Part shown: positions 7,160-16,364 of the stretch, piece by piece
How positions within the stretch are numbered: the first letter of the stretch is position 1
Layout: every line of letters starts with the position of its first letter
Source of the DNA: a virus
Taxonomy: Duplodnaviria > Caudoviricetes
Direction: 5' to 3' (one strand)
Virus record (IMG/VR): IMGVR_UViG_3300020044_002546
Coordinates: 1 to 31,372 of that record
DNA: 31,372 nucleotides
Made by a program: the position numbers and the translations under genes
Notes under the pieces: generated by a model
The model's input: the letters and a program-made list of their open reading frames with translations, nothing else
Database searches by the model: none
Told to the model about the DNA's origin: nothing

Positions 7160-8106
7160 TACTTTGCTCCCTTAGCAATAATCCGCATAGTGCGGAAGGT
7201 TGATGTTTTCTTGAACTTGTCTGCCAATGCAGGATGCTCTGCCTCAAACTTCTTAGTATCAAATGAGGTGCGTGAACTGTTCTTCCACGATACGACCTGG
7301 GTTCCGTCAATCGCGCCATACTCTGCGTCCTGTAACAGCATCGCCAACTCACCCTTAATGAGTTCCTCAACTGCTTCAGCCTGCTTCTTCTGCTCACGTG
7401 CTTGTGCTAATCGTTCTAGACTCGCATACACCTCATGGCCGAGTACGACTGTGTTTCCATAACCTTCGGGGTAGAGCGTACTGGCGTTGTCATAGGTGGG
7501 ATCAGCTATGTCAGGCATCATGCCCATGTCGATGAACCCCAAGAATTTGCGGGCTGCCTCAATGTGGATTTGTTTCTCGTCGCTAGTTACGGTTTGTGTA
7601 TGGAATTGAAGTTGCAGGTCGCTGTCAAAAACAATCCAATGGATTTCGTGACTACCAGTACATATCGCTTGTTGAACTCCTTGCCAGTACCAGGTTCGGG
7701 AAAGCTCTCCCGTCCAACGCTTGTTATATGTTTTGAGTTCATAAAACTTGCCGGAGAGTGAACGACCATCCATTGTGGACATGAGGCGTACACCGTTTTC
7801 TTCGTAGCAGTACATCTCTGATGGTTCGGTGATGGTTTCGTTGAGGATTTCTCCTGCCCAACCCATGAGTGGGGCTTCAAGGATTGTGCCTCGACGCATC
7901 GCATCGTTTTGTTCTGTTGGCACAGGGGGTGTTGCTGCCAATAGTTCTACCGCTAGGTCAGCTGGTGTGGTGTATTTGTGTTCACCATGAATTGCTGCGG
8001 CTACTGATGCGGTGATTCGTTTCTCACCTTTTTCGTTTGCCCAACGTAGGTTCAGCCAGTCTTGGCTGCCGTGTGTTGGCTTGGGTATGGTGTGTAGATT
8101 CTGCAT
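7159..8106 (-). CDS. YqaJ-like (lambda-exonuclease family) recombination exonuclease
   Basis: WL..R, ITAS.AAAI.G, M.RG..LE, TMDG, YELKT, YWQ.VQQ motifs; GGAGG SD. Confidence 0.9.
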   Translation of the reverse strand: MQNLHTIPKPTHGSQDWLNLRWANEKGEKRITASVAAAIHGEHKYTTPADLAVELLAATPPVPTEQNDAMRRGTILEAPLMGWAGEILNETITEPSEMYCYEENGVRLMSTMDGRSLSGKFYELKTYNKRWTGELSRTWYWQGVQQAICTGSHEIHWIVFDSDLQLQFHTQTVTSDEKQIHIEAARKFLGFIDMGMMPDIADPTYDNASTLYPEGYGNTVVLGHEVYASLERLAQAREQKKQAEAVEELIKGELAMLLQDAEYGAIDGTQVVSWKNSSRTSFDTKKFEAEHPALADKFKKTSTFRTMRIIAKGAK

Positions 8107-8138
8107 TGTTCCTCCTATGGTTGTGCAGTTGTATTTGT

Positions 8139-8168
8139 AATCTAGGGGTGTGACATGGTTAATGTCAA
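8139..8168 (-). promoter_or_regulatory. sigma70/SigA-type promoter for the recombination/modification operon
   Basis: TTGACA-18 nt-TAGATT; overlapped by palindrome TGACAT-N5-ATGTCA (8151-8167). Confidence 0.6.
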
Positions 8169-8423
8169 GTCAATCGCTTTCATTTCTCGTACCATCGCCA
8201 CGGGGATATGTATAGCGTGGATGCCTTCTTCTTCGCAAATGGTTTGCCATAAGGTGATGTGCTTTTCTTTTGACCCTGGTTCACCTACGGGGATCAGGAA
8301 CCCTATCGTGTCTACGAGACATTCCCCGTCGTCCTCGTATTCGTCCATGTTCAGCCAGCCTGGTTCCGACAGGTGGGTGTCAGCCCATTGGATGTAAACA
8401 ACGGTTCTATTCGTCAAAGTCAT
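8142..8423 (-). CDS. conserved-type phage hypothetical protein (93 aa, beta-rich)
   Basis: VVYIQWADTH..GW...TIGFL...IP..MV pattern; GGAG SD before ATG 8423. Confidence 0.75.
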   Translation of the reverse strand: MTLTNRTVVYIQWADTHLSEPGWLNMDEYEDDGECLVDTIGFLIPVGEPGSKEKHITLWQTICEEEGIHAIHIPVAMVREMKAIDLTLTMSHP

Positions 8424-8499
8424 CGGGTTTTTCTCCACAGTCAGGGGATCGGGGGATCACCCCACGATATACGCATAGGCATAAACGTGCGTCTGTCAT
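8407..8499 (-). CDS. 30-aa Cys-containing microprotein (MTDARLCLCVYRGVIPRSPDCGEKPDDFDE)
   Basis: ATGA overlap with the phosphoesterase stop; bridges the gap to the next gene. Not in the ORF track. Confidence 0.5.
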   Translation of the reverse strand: MTDARLCLCVYRGVIPRSPDCGEKPDDFDE

Positions 8500-9683
8500 A
8501 GGACTTCCAGATCAGACCAGTTCCGTTTGTCATGGCGACCCACCAGCAAGGTAAGGGTTCCTGGAGTGGACCAAATACCTTTAGAGTCAGCGAACCATTT
8601 TGACCCACCGTCCATTGACGGGCATTGGATACGGGTGTATGCACCATGATCGGTGACTTGCAGGTGATGTTTGTGTGCGGTGATCCACAGGTCAGGTTCG
8701 CGTCCTTCTTCACGCAGAATCATTATCGACTGCGCGTTAAGCCAATCGTTTTCTTTGCCGGTGATCTTGTGACCGTGAGCGAACGCAACCTTCACATCGG
8801 ATAGCACTTTGGTTGTGACCATCTCATCGTGTGGGATTGTCCATTCAAGGTTTGGTATCTGATGATCCAAGATTCGGAACAACATATCCATCAGGAACCC
8901 TCCAGCGTTATCTGAATCTGAGGTAACAGACTTGCCGTTGCGTCGCATCCATTCGCCGTGGTTGCAAAGTGTGCCAATGATTTCCATGACATCAACCATT
9001 GACGCAAGGGTGGTTATCGCTTTGCTGAACAGGTCTGCACCAAGTAGTAACTGTTCGCGCTGTGTCAGTTCAACAGTAAACAACTGGCTTGCATAGTTGC
9101 CGTCGCATCCTTCAAACGGATCACCCATGTTCACAAGTGCAGCACTCTCAATGTTTCTACCTTTACGGCGAAGATCATGGAGTTGTTGAACTGTTTTCTC
9201 CAATGATTCCAGCACCCGTTCAACGGTTGCCTCGACACCACCGCCAGCAGATTTACCAAGCTGAAGGTCAGCCCAGTTCACTACGAACGTGGATGGTGGT
9301 TCCTCTGAAGGTTTAGGTACAGCCCGTTTCGGTTGTTTCCAGTTACCTACACGTTTGCGTAACGCCTCAATATCTTCATCAGGTAACACCCGTGAAACTC
9401 TGCGACGGAACCTCGCACGATACGAGTACAGCCATGCAACATCTCGATCACCGTTCTCTAAACGCTTAGAGGTTTGCCACTTAGACATTCGTACTGTGTC
9501 GTCAACAACTTCAAACACCGCAGGGTCCAAACCGAAACCAACCAGCACAGAAGTCCAGTCAGTTGTGATTGGTGTAGGTAGCACACCGGTAGAGATTTCT
9601 CCACCATCAGGTGTGATCTCTGCCCATGCACGTTCGTTCTCAGATGGTTGGGATTGCTCCTCTATTTCATCTTTTAATGACAT
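8496..9683 (-). CDS. calcineurin-like metallophosphoesterase (Mre11-like nuclease family)
   Basis: WADLQ.GK, MGD..EG, CNHGE, AHGH, AHKHH metal-binding motifs. Confidence 0.85.
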   Translation of the reverse strand: MSLKDEIEEQSQPSENERAWAEITPDGGEISTGVLPTPITTDWTSVLVGFGLDPAVFEVVDDTVRMSKWQTSKRLENGDRDVAWLYSYRARFRRRVSRVLPDEDIEALRKRVGNWKQPKRAVPKPSEEPPSTFVVNWADLQLGKSAGGGVEATVERVLESLEKTVQQLHDLRRKGRNIESAALVNMGDPFEGCDGNYASQLFTVELTQREQLLLGADLFSKAITTLASMVDVMEIIGTLCNHGEWMRRNGKSVTSDSDNAGGFLMDMLFRILDHQIPNLEWTIPHDEMVTTKVLSDVKVAFAHGHKITGKENDWLNAQSIMILREEGREPDLWITAHKHHLQVTDHGAYTRIQCPSMDGGSKWFADSKGIWSTPGTLTLLVGRHDKRNWSDLEVL

Positions 9684-9927
9684 GAGCGAATTCCCCTCGA
9701 CGATACTTGCTAATTGAATGGGTATCTAAGTGTATTCCACGTTTCTCTAATACTCTGCTGATTGCTGGTGCAGAGATTGTGTGATCGTCTAACGCTTCGA
9801 CAAGTTCTTTGCGATCTGTTTCATCCATTCCTTCAAGTACACGCTGGATTCGTGGGACACGGCCAGACGGGATAGCTTCTTCAGATCGTATTTCATTTAA
9901 CAGACTTTGCTTTACGGGCTTGTTCAA
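9667..9927 (-). CDS. small helix-turn-helix-like protein
   Basis: ISAPAISRVLEKRGIHLDTHSISKYRR; GAGGGAG SD before TTG start. Confidence 0.7.
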   Translation of the reverse strand: MNKPVKQSLLNEIRSEEAIPSGRVPRIQRVLEGMDETDRKELVEALDDHTISAPAISRVLEKRGIHLDTHSISKYRRGEFAHVIKR

Positions 9928-10063
9928 CTGTTGCTCCCTCTATGAGTTTGTTTATCTTTTCGATAACTTCCCATAGTGCGTCAGCTTTATCCCTCCCAGG
10001 ATTAGATTTCAGGAGACAGTCACGCACCAAAGTTAACTCAACGGTAGTTAATCCTTTTGCCAT
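9893..10063 (-). CDS. hypothetical protein (56 aa, MAKGLTTVELTLVRDCLL...KAKSVK)
   Basis: Fills the gap before the HTH gene; AAAGG upstream. Not in the ORF track. Confidence 0.6.
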   Translation of the reverse strand: MAKGLTTVELTLVRDCLLKSNPGRDKADALWEVIEKINKLIEGATVEQARKAKSVK

Positions 10064-10093
10064 TTGCAAGCACCTTTCTACGGGTGCTTCAGA

Positions 10094-10306
10094 CTAGTGG
10101 TGTTCTATGTGATCCGTCAAACGATCAGAAACTTTGTCCAACTTTTCTTCGGTGCGGTCTTGGGCGCGTCGCATTAAACGCAACATGGCCATAACGGTGT
10201 CATGGTCCTTATGGTTTTCGGCTTTGAAACGCTGAATGAGTACGGTTAGCAGACCAAAAGCACCAGTAACAGAAGCAGCAAGTATGAGAGCGATGCCAGA
10301 ATCCAC
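10094..10306 (-). CDS. membrane protein of the lysis cassette (holin-like/accessory)
   Basis: N-terminal TM helix, coiled coil, C-terminal L.DHI.HH; directly after the endolysin. Confidence 0.7.
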   Translation of the reverse strand: MDSGIALILAASVTGAFGLLTVLIQRFKAENHKDHDTVMAMLRLMRRAQDRTEEKLDKVSDRLTDHIEHH

Positions 10307-10307
10307 A

Positions 10308-10865
10308 TTAAGCCGCCTTACCTACGAAACGAATATGCCAGGGTTCGATTTGCAACTCCCAAGACCAACCTAATGCTGGTGCTTCAGCCAACAGGAACTC
10401 CAGCCCTGACCTCTTACAGCCTTTAGGTTTCGTTGAGATGGTCACAACTTTGCCGTTCGTTTTGATAGCAGCGTCAATGGCCAAGCCCCATCCGTGGTTG
10501 CTCGTACCTGGTGTAGCGCAGGGCGCACCCAAATGTAGATACCATTTCTCGCCGTTATACATTCGGATCACTTGAATGTTTTTCTTGGCATCAGGAAACG
10601 GTTTCATCCGTGACATAAACAGGGCAACCTGTTGGGCATACGGTCGGTAGTCGCCAACATGAACTAAATCTAAACCTTCTTTGGCTGCAAGTTCCCGAAG
10701 CTCACGCCATGATTCTGCTGCGAGATGATACATCTTGCCGGAGGGGGCGATTGGGCGAAGCAAAGATGCAGGAAGTTTCCCGTTCTCGCAGCCTTTCAGG
10801 TCTTTAGGCAACACCAACTTTTTGATTGGCAGTTTGGTGAGTGATGCTTTCCGTCGTAAAGCCAT
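10308..10865 (-). CDS. endolysin, M15 (VanY-like) Zn peptidase
   Basis: YR.YAQQ..LF, PGTSNHGWGLAID (H-x6-D), EPWH. Confidence 0.9.
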   Translation of the reverse strand: MALRRKASLTKLPIKKLVLPKDLKGCENGKLPASLLRPIAPSGKMYHLAAESWRELRELAAKEGLDLVHVGDYRPYAQQVALFMSRMKPFPDAKKNIQVIRMYNGEKWYLHLGAPCATPGTSNHGWGLAIDAAIKTNGKVVTISTKPKGCKRSGLEFLLAEAPALGWSWELQIEPWHIRFVGKAA

Positions 10866-11080
10866 TATTCAGGGATTTCGGTGAACAATGCTTCGTCGGT
10901 TTTCTTGTTCTCGGCACGTTGAGCGAACTCACCCAAGCCTAAAGCCGACAAAACGAAGGCGATTGCTGGCTCGACAGGGACACCTGGAACCACGACGGAA
11001 ACCACTAGGGCGACGAAAGATGAGACGAAGGCTGCGACGCGCACAGGGTTGTTGTATGTGAACTCTTTAATTTTCTGCAT
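10865..11080 (-). CDS. putative holin
   Basis: Two hydrophobic helices, 71 aa, TAATG-coupled to the endolysin; AAGGA SD. Confidence 0.7.
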   Translation of the reverse strand: MQKIKEFTYNNPVRVAAFVSSFVALVVSVVVPGVPVEPAIAFVLSALGLGEFAQRAENKKTDEALFTEIPE

Positions 11081-11108
11081 ATTGAATCCTTTGTCTCGGT
11101 ACGCAGAA

Positions 11109-11117
11109 AGTGTACCA
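11109..11117 (-). promoter_or_regulatory. extended -10 promoter for the lysis cassette (TGGTACACT)
   Basis: TGnTAnnnT about 30 nt upstream of the holin start. Confidence 0.5.
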
Positions 11118-11216
11118 AAAGGGTTTACCCCTGTGCTGATTGCAGGTTGGGGTTTGCGTCGCTTAGAACGGCTCCTGATGGTGTCTCAGGGGCTTCTACG
11201 GGGGTAGTCTCAGGGC

Positions 11217-11372
11217 ATGATTCAACTGTTATGGATATTTATTCAGGAAGCGGGACTGCTGTGGTGGTCGCCTGTGTTGCTGTGCTTTTGGTGTTTCTCC
11301 CGATTGTTTGAGGCTTACCAAGAGCAAAGGTATCGGCAGATATTGTCCGAGATATTCGATGGGGTGAATTAG
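11217..11372 (+). CDS. putative 51-aa Trp-rich membrane protein on the opposite strand
   Basis: MIQLLWIFIQEAGLLWWSPVLLCFWCFSRLFEAYQEQRYRQILSEIFDGVN; stop overlaps the stop of a convergent ORF. Confidence 0.45.
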   Translation: MIQLLWIFIQEAGLLWWSPVLLCFWCFSRLFEAYQEQRYRQILSEIFDGVN

Positions 11373-11509
11373 TTAAGTTCCCCACGGAAACTGTTGTCAA
11401 GGTTTCTTGAACTGTCGTGATAGTCGGGTTGGTGGCAGGGGCAGTCGCTAACAGGACAGTAGTAATACAGGTCGTCGTCTGTGGTGTGAATCAGGTTATA
11501 GATACCCAT
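11369..11509 (-). CDS. putative 46-aa Cys/His microprotein
   Basis: MGIYNLIHTTDDDLYYYCPVSDCPCHQPDYHDSSRNLDNSFRGELN; starts 25 nt after the fibre gene stop. Confidence 0.4.
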   Translation of the reverse strand: MGIYNLIHTTDDDLYYYCPVSDCPCHQPDYHDSSRNLDNSFRGELN

Positions 11510-11534
11510 ACAAGTTCAGTGGATTGCGCGAAAA

Positions 11535-12242
11535 CTATGCGACAGTAAATGAACCTGATGAGGTCCACTTGTAAACCGTGTACGAACCAGTCGTGCTTGT
11601 GGTAGGGCTTCCAGTTGTTGCGGTAATGACAGATGTTTCTGCTGTCAAAATCTTTAGGTAAGCAACACCGATGCCACCATTACCACCTGCGAATGGGTTG
11701 GATGCACCACCACCCACACCTGCATCACCCGTGTTCGCTGCACCAGAAGCACCAGCACTAGCAGAGTTTGTGTTTCCACCTCTACCGAAAGTTAGCGATG
11801 TGCCTGTGAACGATGTGGTGTATCCACCAGTCCAACTGTTGTCGTTAGTGGTTGTGCCAGTTGTGCCGTTTGATGTTGAGCCCGTTCCACCCGTTCCAGC
11901 AGTAGCAGGGTTTGTGCAAAGCGAACCAGCACCACCATTGGCGGTAACAACTGTTGCAGACAACGGGTTGGTGACGCTTGAAGTTCCACCGTTAGTTCCG
12001 TTTGCACTAGCACCCGAACCATCTTGATTGCCACCTAAACCTTGCGCGCCGATAGTGACCGTGTATGTTCCCGTGATTGCCGTAACTGGTGAAGATGTAA
12101 TACTGATGCCACCACCACCACCACCAGCAGAGTTAGCAAGATTCCCTGCCTGTTGAAACCCACCTGCTCCACCACCACCGGAACCGACGACCATTAAATC
12201 CAGTCCGATACCGCCACCGCCCACTCCAGCAAGCATTTGCAT
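11535..12242 (-). CDS. glycine-rich tail fibre-associated protein
   Basis: [29 protein letters not shown] and terminal [14 protein letters not shown] typical of phage glycine-rich domain proteins. Confidence 0.8.
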   Translation of the reverse strand: MQMLAGVGGGGIGLDLMVVGSGGGGAGGFQQAGNLANSAGGGGGGISITSSPVTAITGTYTVTIGAQGLGGNQDGSGASANGTNGGTSSVTNPLSATVVTANGGAGSLCTNPATAGTGGTGSTSNGTTGTTTNDNSWTGGYTTSFTGTSLTFGRGGNTNSASAGASGAANTGDAGVGGGASNPFAGGNGGIGVAYLKILTAETSVITATTGSPTTSTTGSYTVYKWTSSGSFTVA

Positions 12243-12244
12243 AA

Positions 12245-13195
12245 CTATGCCGCCGTGTTACCGAGCAGAACCCACTCGTCAGTACCAATCTTTACCAAAG
12301 TTGCAGTCGAATACTGACCATTCAGTTTCAACTTAGAACCCTGCGAACGCAACGTCACACCAGCACCACCAACAGTTACCTGACCAGCACCCAACTGCAA
12401 CAAGTTCACTTGGTCGCCAATATCAAACGCCACAGAAGCGTTGGTAGGCACAGTCAAAGAAATTGCGGAAGCGTTTGACAATGTCACCAACTTATGTGCG
12501 TCAGTCAACACAAGCGTGTAAGTCGTACCAGTCTGAGCGTTCAACGTCAAGTTGTCCAACTCTGCTGAACCAATAGCGCGATCAGCCATCTTCGCCTGGG
12601 TCACAGCACTATCAGCAATCTTGCCCGTGGTCACATTCAAGTCAACAATCTTTGCTGTCTCAACAGAATCAGTAGCCAACTTCGCGGCAGTCACGTTCGC
12701 GTTCAAAATCTTTGCAGTAGTAACAGAATCCGAAGCCAAACCAGCAGCAGGAACCTGCTTCCAAGCAACACCATTCGCCGCAGAAGAATCAGCCAACAAC
12801 GCAAAATCATTCGTACCAACAGCCAAACGGTTCAAAGCCGAACCAGTAGTAACCAACAAGTCACCCTTAGTTGTCAGCTTCGCTACAAGTTCGTTCGCCT
12901 CATCCGCATCATTAGCAGTAAACACCGGATAAACCGTCGCACCCGCAGAATGGCTACTTGCACTCGTATCATCCTGACCCCTAGTAAGAGTAAGAGTCGA
13001 ACCCGAAATAGTTGCACTGCACTTCTCCTCAGTTGAAGTACCTGGATCAAGAACAATATAGAACGGGACAGCACCAGTAGACGGCCAACCCGTTGTGGCA
13101 GCCAAAGAACAAGTGGTGTCGGTGGAGTTGATAGCAGCGGTAATGGTGGTCGCTGCGGCTGCACCTACATATTGTCTACGAGTAAAGGCTGGCAT
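12245..13195 (-). CDS. tail fibre protein
   Basis: TTKGDLLV, 10-aa repeats of (D/N)SVTTAKI type, C-terminal [14 protein letters not shown]...EWVLLGN domain. Confidence 0.8.
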   Translation of the reverse strand: MPAFTRRQYVGAAAATTITAAINSTDTTCSLAATTGWPSTGAVPFYIVLDPGTSTEEKCSATISGSTLTLTRGQDDTSASSHSAGATVYPVFTANDADEANELVAKLTTKGDLLVTTGSALNRLAVGTNDFALLADSSAANGVAWKQVPAAGLASDSVTTAKILNANVTAAKLATDSVETAKIVDLNVTTGKIADSAVTQAKMADRAIGSAELDNLTLNAQTGTTYTLVLTDAHKLVTLSNASAISLTVPTNASVAFDIGDQVNLLQLGAGQVTVGGAGVTLRSQGSKLKLNGQYSTATLVKIGTDEWVLLGNTAA

Positions 13196-13201
13196 ACTGT
13201 C

Positions 13202-15061
13202 CTATCTTACACTTCTCATAATGACCACACAGGTTCCGTTCCAGTCCCATGTGTTGTGGTTGTTTGCTGAGTCTACTGGTTGCCAACGGACATCTTCCAC
13301 GATCACCGAATAGGTGCTGGCGTTTTCCTGATAGGTGATAACACGCGGGTTTTCCACCAGGTCACGGAGGTATTCCAGTTCTATGTCAACATCAATGAAG
13401 TATTCAAATCCTCGGATGTTTAGTTTGTGGTGCAGTAGCAGGGGAACAGAAAAGATTTGTGAACGTAACGGTGCAGCATAGGCTCGACCTAACCAGCGGG
13501 TAACTACGGGGCCAGTTGTAGCGTCTGTGGTTGAACGGGTCATGGTGAGGCGGGCTTCAGCTTCAAACACTTTTGTTTCAAACCCGTCAAACGTGGACTC
13601 CAAAGAGTTGACTACGGTTTGTGTGCCGACTGTTTGGAAACTACCAGAGTCAGCAGCAACAGCAATAGCAACAGTTCCGTTCAATGGTTCGGTACGCAAA
13701 TCCCATTTAGGAATGAACTTTGTGTCCGGTACACCCCAACGGTAGATACCTGAGTCCAAATATCCTGAAGCAACTTTGTTTGTTGAATGTTGACGGTATG
13801 CGCCCAAACCTGAAACAGTGAACACTGGTTTGTTTTCAAACTCATGGATATCAACAATCGTACCTTGACCTGTGACCATCAAATCTGATGCGTATGCAGG
13901 TTGGTTGACGCTGACCTGGGTGGAGATGTCTAGCCTGCCGATACCTGTTGAGGTGTCGTCGTAGTTTGTCCACCCAAAATATAGGTATTGTCCGATAGCA
14001 GAAAAGGCGTTAACCGAGGTTCCTATCTCGATCAGTGGACCAACGACAAGGTTGCCGTCGCTGTCCGACGAGCAGAACCGCAACCCTGTCGTTAACCCAA
14101 TAACCACGAAACCGAGGTACGCATCGATTGTAGTCACAATTTCACCCATTGGCAACTCAGCTGCCACAGTAGGGATATCTAATGCTGTGCCGTCAGGTTT
14201 GATGGCAGTCTTGTAGACCAACGACTTGTTACCCGCATGACCTGCACAGTAAATTGCGTTTTGCCCACCAGCAAAACCAACCCATTCAAAGTTGGTGTTC
14301 GGATGAGTGAACAATGCCGACGGGTTGTTCGCTGACGAACCTGGGGTAGTGGTGATGTTCCAAATCTTTCGCTTATCAACACCCTGACCAGCGACCATCA
14401 AACGGCCATGAACATAATCCAACACGCCAGCCTCAATGCCGGTGATGTAGTTAGACGCAGCAGAAGTACCAGCGTTAGTTTGATCTATGTCTCCGTCAGC
14501 GTAAGAGAAGAACACGTTGTAACCATCTGAGGTGATGCTGTAAAGGTTTGACGCATTGGTTCCTGTGACTGTCGTGAAGGTTGACCAGTCTGTTGTGTAC
14601 CGAACTGTTTGTGCTTCCGTACCATAAATCCTGTCGCTAGCCGTAGCCATATACAGGTTGGTGTTAGCAGAAGCATAAGCCTGTGCTGTGTCAGGGAGCA
14701 ACGACAGTTCGCCACGGGTCCACACGTCAACACCTTTGCTTGAACGGAAACGGTACGCCTCAGCGTCAGCGGTATCCGAATACTTTTGCCCAGCCCCATA
14801 ATGCCAAGATGACTGCGACCTACGCCACAAACCTTGCGGGTTGATAGCTGACTCACCAGGCTCAGCAGATTGGTCAACCGAGTCACGAACACGGGCATCA
14901 AACTGTCGACCAAAAGCATTTGACTTCGTATCAATCATGTACGGTCTGCCGTTAACAGCAACAGGATAAAGATACGGAACAACCTGTGTTGAACCTGTAC
15001 CAGAATAAAAGGCTGGTGTTCCCCTGAACGGGAAACTGTTTTTCGTGATCGTTACAGCCAC
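13202..15061 (-). CDS. putative tail nozzle / tubular protein B (beta-propeller)
   Basis: 619 aa beta-rich; W.QSSWHYGAGQ N-terminal motif; position after the adaptor. Confidence 0.65.
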   Translation of the reverse strand: MAVTITKNSFPFRGTPAFYSGTGSTQVVPYLYPVAVNGRPYMIDTKSNAFGRQFDARVRDSVDQSAEPGESAINPQGLWRRSQSSWHYGAGQKYSDTADAEAYRFRSSKGVDVWTRGELSLLPDTAQAYASANTNLYMATASDRIYGTEAQTVRYTTDWSTFTTVTGTNASNLYSITSDGYNVFFSYADGDIDQTNAGTSAASNYITGIEAGVLDYVHGRLMVAGQGVDKRKIWNITTTPGSSANNPSALFTHPNTNFEWVGFAGGQNAIYCAGHAGNKSLVYKTAIKPDGTALDIPTVAAELPMGEIVTTIDAYLGFVVIGLTTGLRFCSSDSDGNLVVGPLIEIGTSVNAFSAIGQYLYFGWTNYDDTSTGIGRLDISTQVSVNQPAYASDLMVTGQGTIVDIHEFENKPVFTVSGLGAYRQHSTNKVASGYLDSGIYRWGVPDTKFIPKWDLRTEPLNGTVAIAVAADSGSFQTVGTQTVVNSLESTFDGFETKVFEAEARLTMTRSTTDATTGPVVTRWLGRAYAAPLRSQIFSVPLLLHHKLNIRGFEYFIDVDIELEYLRDLVENPRVITYQENASTYSVIVEDVRWQPVDSANNHNTWDWNGTCVVIMRSVR

Positions 15062-15063
15062 GA

Positions 15064-15948
15064 CTACACCCTAATAGTCAACGGGTATTGTCTCGCAAGT
15101 TTCGCTGCTTCAGCGATGATACGGTCACGACGCAAACGCAAAATGTTACTAAACGAGTCACGCATAGCCCCAGGTGGAACCTCATCCGAACGACGAGTAT
15201 CACCTTGCGACTCAATGAAGTTGCGTTTGATTTCACGGGTGGACAACATACGGGACATCACACCCATCTCCAAAATATCTTCCATCGTCACAGGAATGTT
15301 GGCTACAGATTGCAAACTATCTGACACGCTTGACACACGGCTGAATGGGGCTTTATATCGCACACGCAAAGTTCCAGACATCACCATTTCATCAAACACG
15401 ATGGCATACCCTGACGGGAAATCTGAGGTAGGTAGGTCGCGTTGTAGTCGGGAGCGACGGATAACAGGATAATCTGTGTTCAAATATCGCAAACGGACAT
15501 CTAGCAGGTCAATGACTGATGTTGCACCAGTTAAGTTAACTTGGCGGTCAGCACCGTTATAGTTGACATCTGCTGAGATAACACGGAACAGGCCGTTCAA
15601 CGGGCTGGACATATCATCAATGTCTTGGTTTAACGCTTCCAACATTTGTGCTTTAGGGAACCGTGGGTTTAACACCACTATTGCCCCTGTTGCGTGTGAT
15701 ACTGCTGTAGTGCCACCGTAGCCACGTTCAACGATCAACGTTTTGTTACCGCTAGTTGCTTCCCAAACATAAATAAGTTCTGAGTCAACCTCAAAAACTG
15801 TGCCAGCGCGAAGCCCTGCCAACTCATAGGACATAACAAACGTCGTGTCATCAGAGTCAACGGATGACGCTAACTTGTTTCGTTCCTCGATGGTTCCCGA
15901 AAGAAGTTGGCGTGACACCCGATCGAGGAGCGCACCAGCGGTAGACAT
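15064..15948 (-). CDS. putative head-tail adaptor / tubular protein A
   Basis: Helical ends, RGYGGTTA.SH..GA.V insert, FP...L.ALN; position. Confidence 0.6.
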   Translation of the reverse strand: MSTAGALLDRVSRQLLSGTIEERNKLASSVDSDDTTFVMSYELAGLRAGTVFEVDSELIYVWEATSGNKTLIVERGYGGTTAVSHATGAIVVLNPRFPKAQMLEALNQDIDDMSSPLNGLFRVISADVNYNGADRQVNLTGATSVIDLLDVRLRYLNTDYPVIRRSRLQRDLPTSDFPSGYAIVFDEMVMSGTLRVRYKAPFSRVSSVSDSLQSVANIPVTMEDILEMGVMSRMLSTREIKRNFIESQGDTRRSDEVPPGAMRDSFSNILRLRRDRIIAEAAKLARQYPLTIRV

Positions 15949-16062
15949 TTACTTCTTTTTCTTAGCCTTCTTCATAGGCTTGTCCATTTTCTTAGCCATC
16001 TTCTTGGCATCAGCTTTGCCCTTAGCGGTGTAAGGGAACTCCATCTTTCCGACCTTTGGCAT
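15949..16062 (-). CDS. 37-aa Lys-rich protein (MPKVGKMEFPYTAKGKADAKKMAKKMDKPMKKAKKKK)
   Basis: GAAAGG SD; stop abuts the adaptor ATG. Not in the ORF track. Confidence 0.75.
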   Translation of the reverse strand: MPKVGKMEFPYTAKGKADAKKMAKKMDKPMKKAKKKK

Positions 16063-16090
16063 AACACAACCTTTCGTTAGTTAGAAAGAC

Positions 16091-16099
16091 AGATTACCA
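16091..16099 (-). promoter_or_regulatory. extended -10 promoter (TGGTAATCT)
   Basis: TGnTAnnnT in the intergenic gap upstream of the 37-aa gene and tail genes. Confidence 0.5.
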
Positions 16100-16103
16100 C
16101 GCC

Positions 16104-16364
16104 TCAACAATCCCACTTCCGTAAAGCCAAAGCCTTACGAGTAGGGCGACCCTTGCTGTCTTTCAACGGACCTGGTGACCCGCCCATCCTTGCACAAAAC
16201 GATTTACGTCGAGCCGCTGCTTTCGGTGACTTCTTAGCCTGTGATGCAGATACAGGTGGTTTCAGGTTCATGCCTTGCTTCTTGGCTGATGCACGACCTT
16301 TAGCGTTCAAACCACCAGCAGGGTTCTTGCCTTCCTTGCGTTGCCATGCAGGGGTCTTAGCCAT
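16104..16364 (-). CDS. small basic phage protein (resembles DUF6321)
   Basis: GGLNAKGR...NLKPPV...RRKSFCARM...ALRKWDC. Confidence 0.8.
   Translation of the reverse strand: MAKTPAWQRKEGKNPAGGLNAKGRASAKKQGMNLKPPVSASQAKKSPKAAARRKSFCARMGGSPGPLKDSKGRPTRKALALRKWDC

Noticed and set aside
8441-8713. 90-aa alternative-frame ORF over the phosphoesterase 3' end
   Set aside because: No SD or motif; the ATGA-coupled 30-aa ORF explains the gap better.
11231-11311. 26-aa hydrophobic + strand ORF MDIYSGSGTAVVVACVAVLLVFLPIV
   Set aside because: Nested in the longer 51-aa + ORF, no SD; hydrophobicity follows from local G/T richness.
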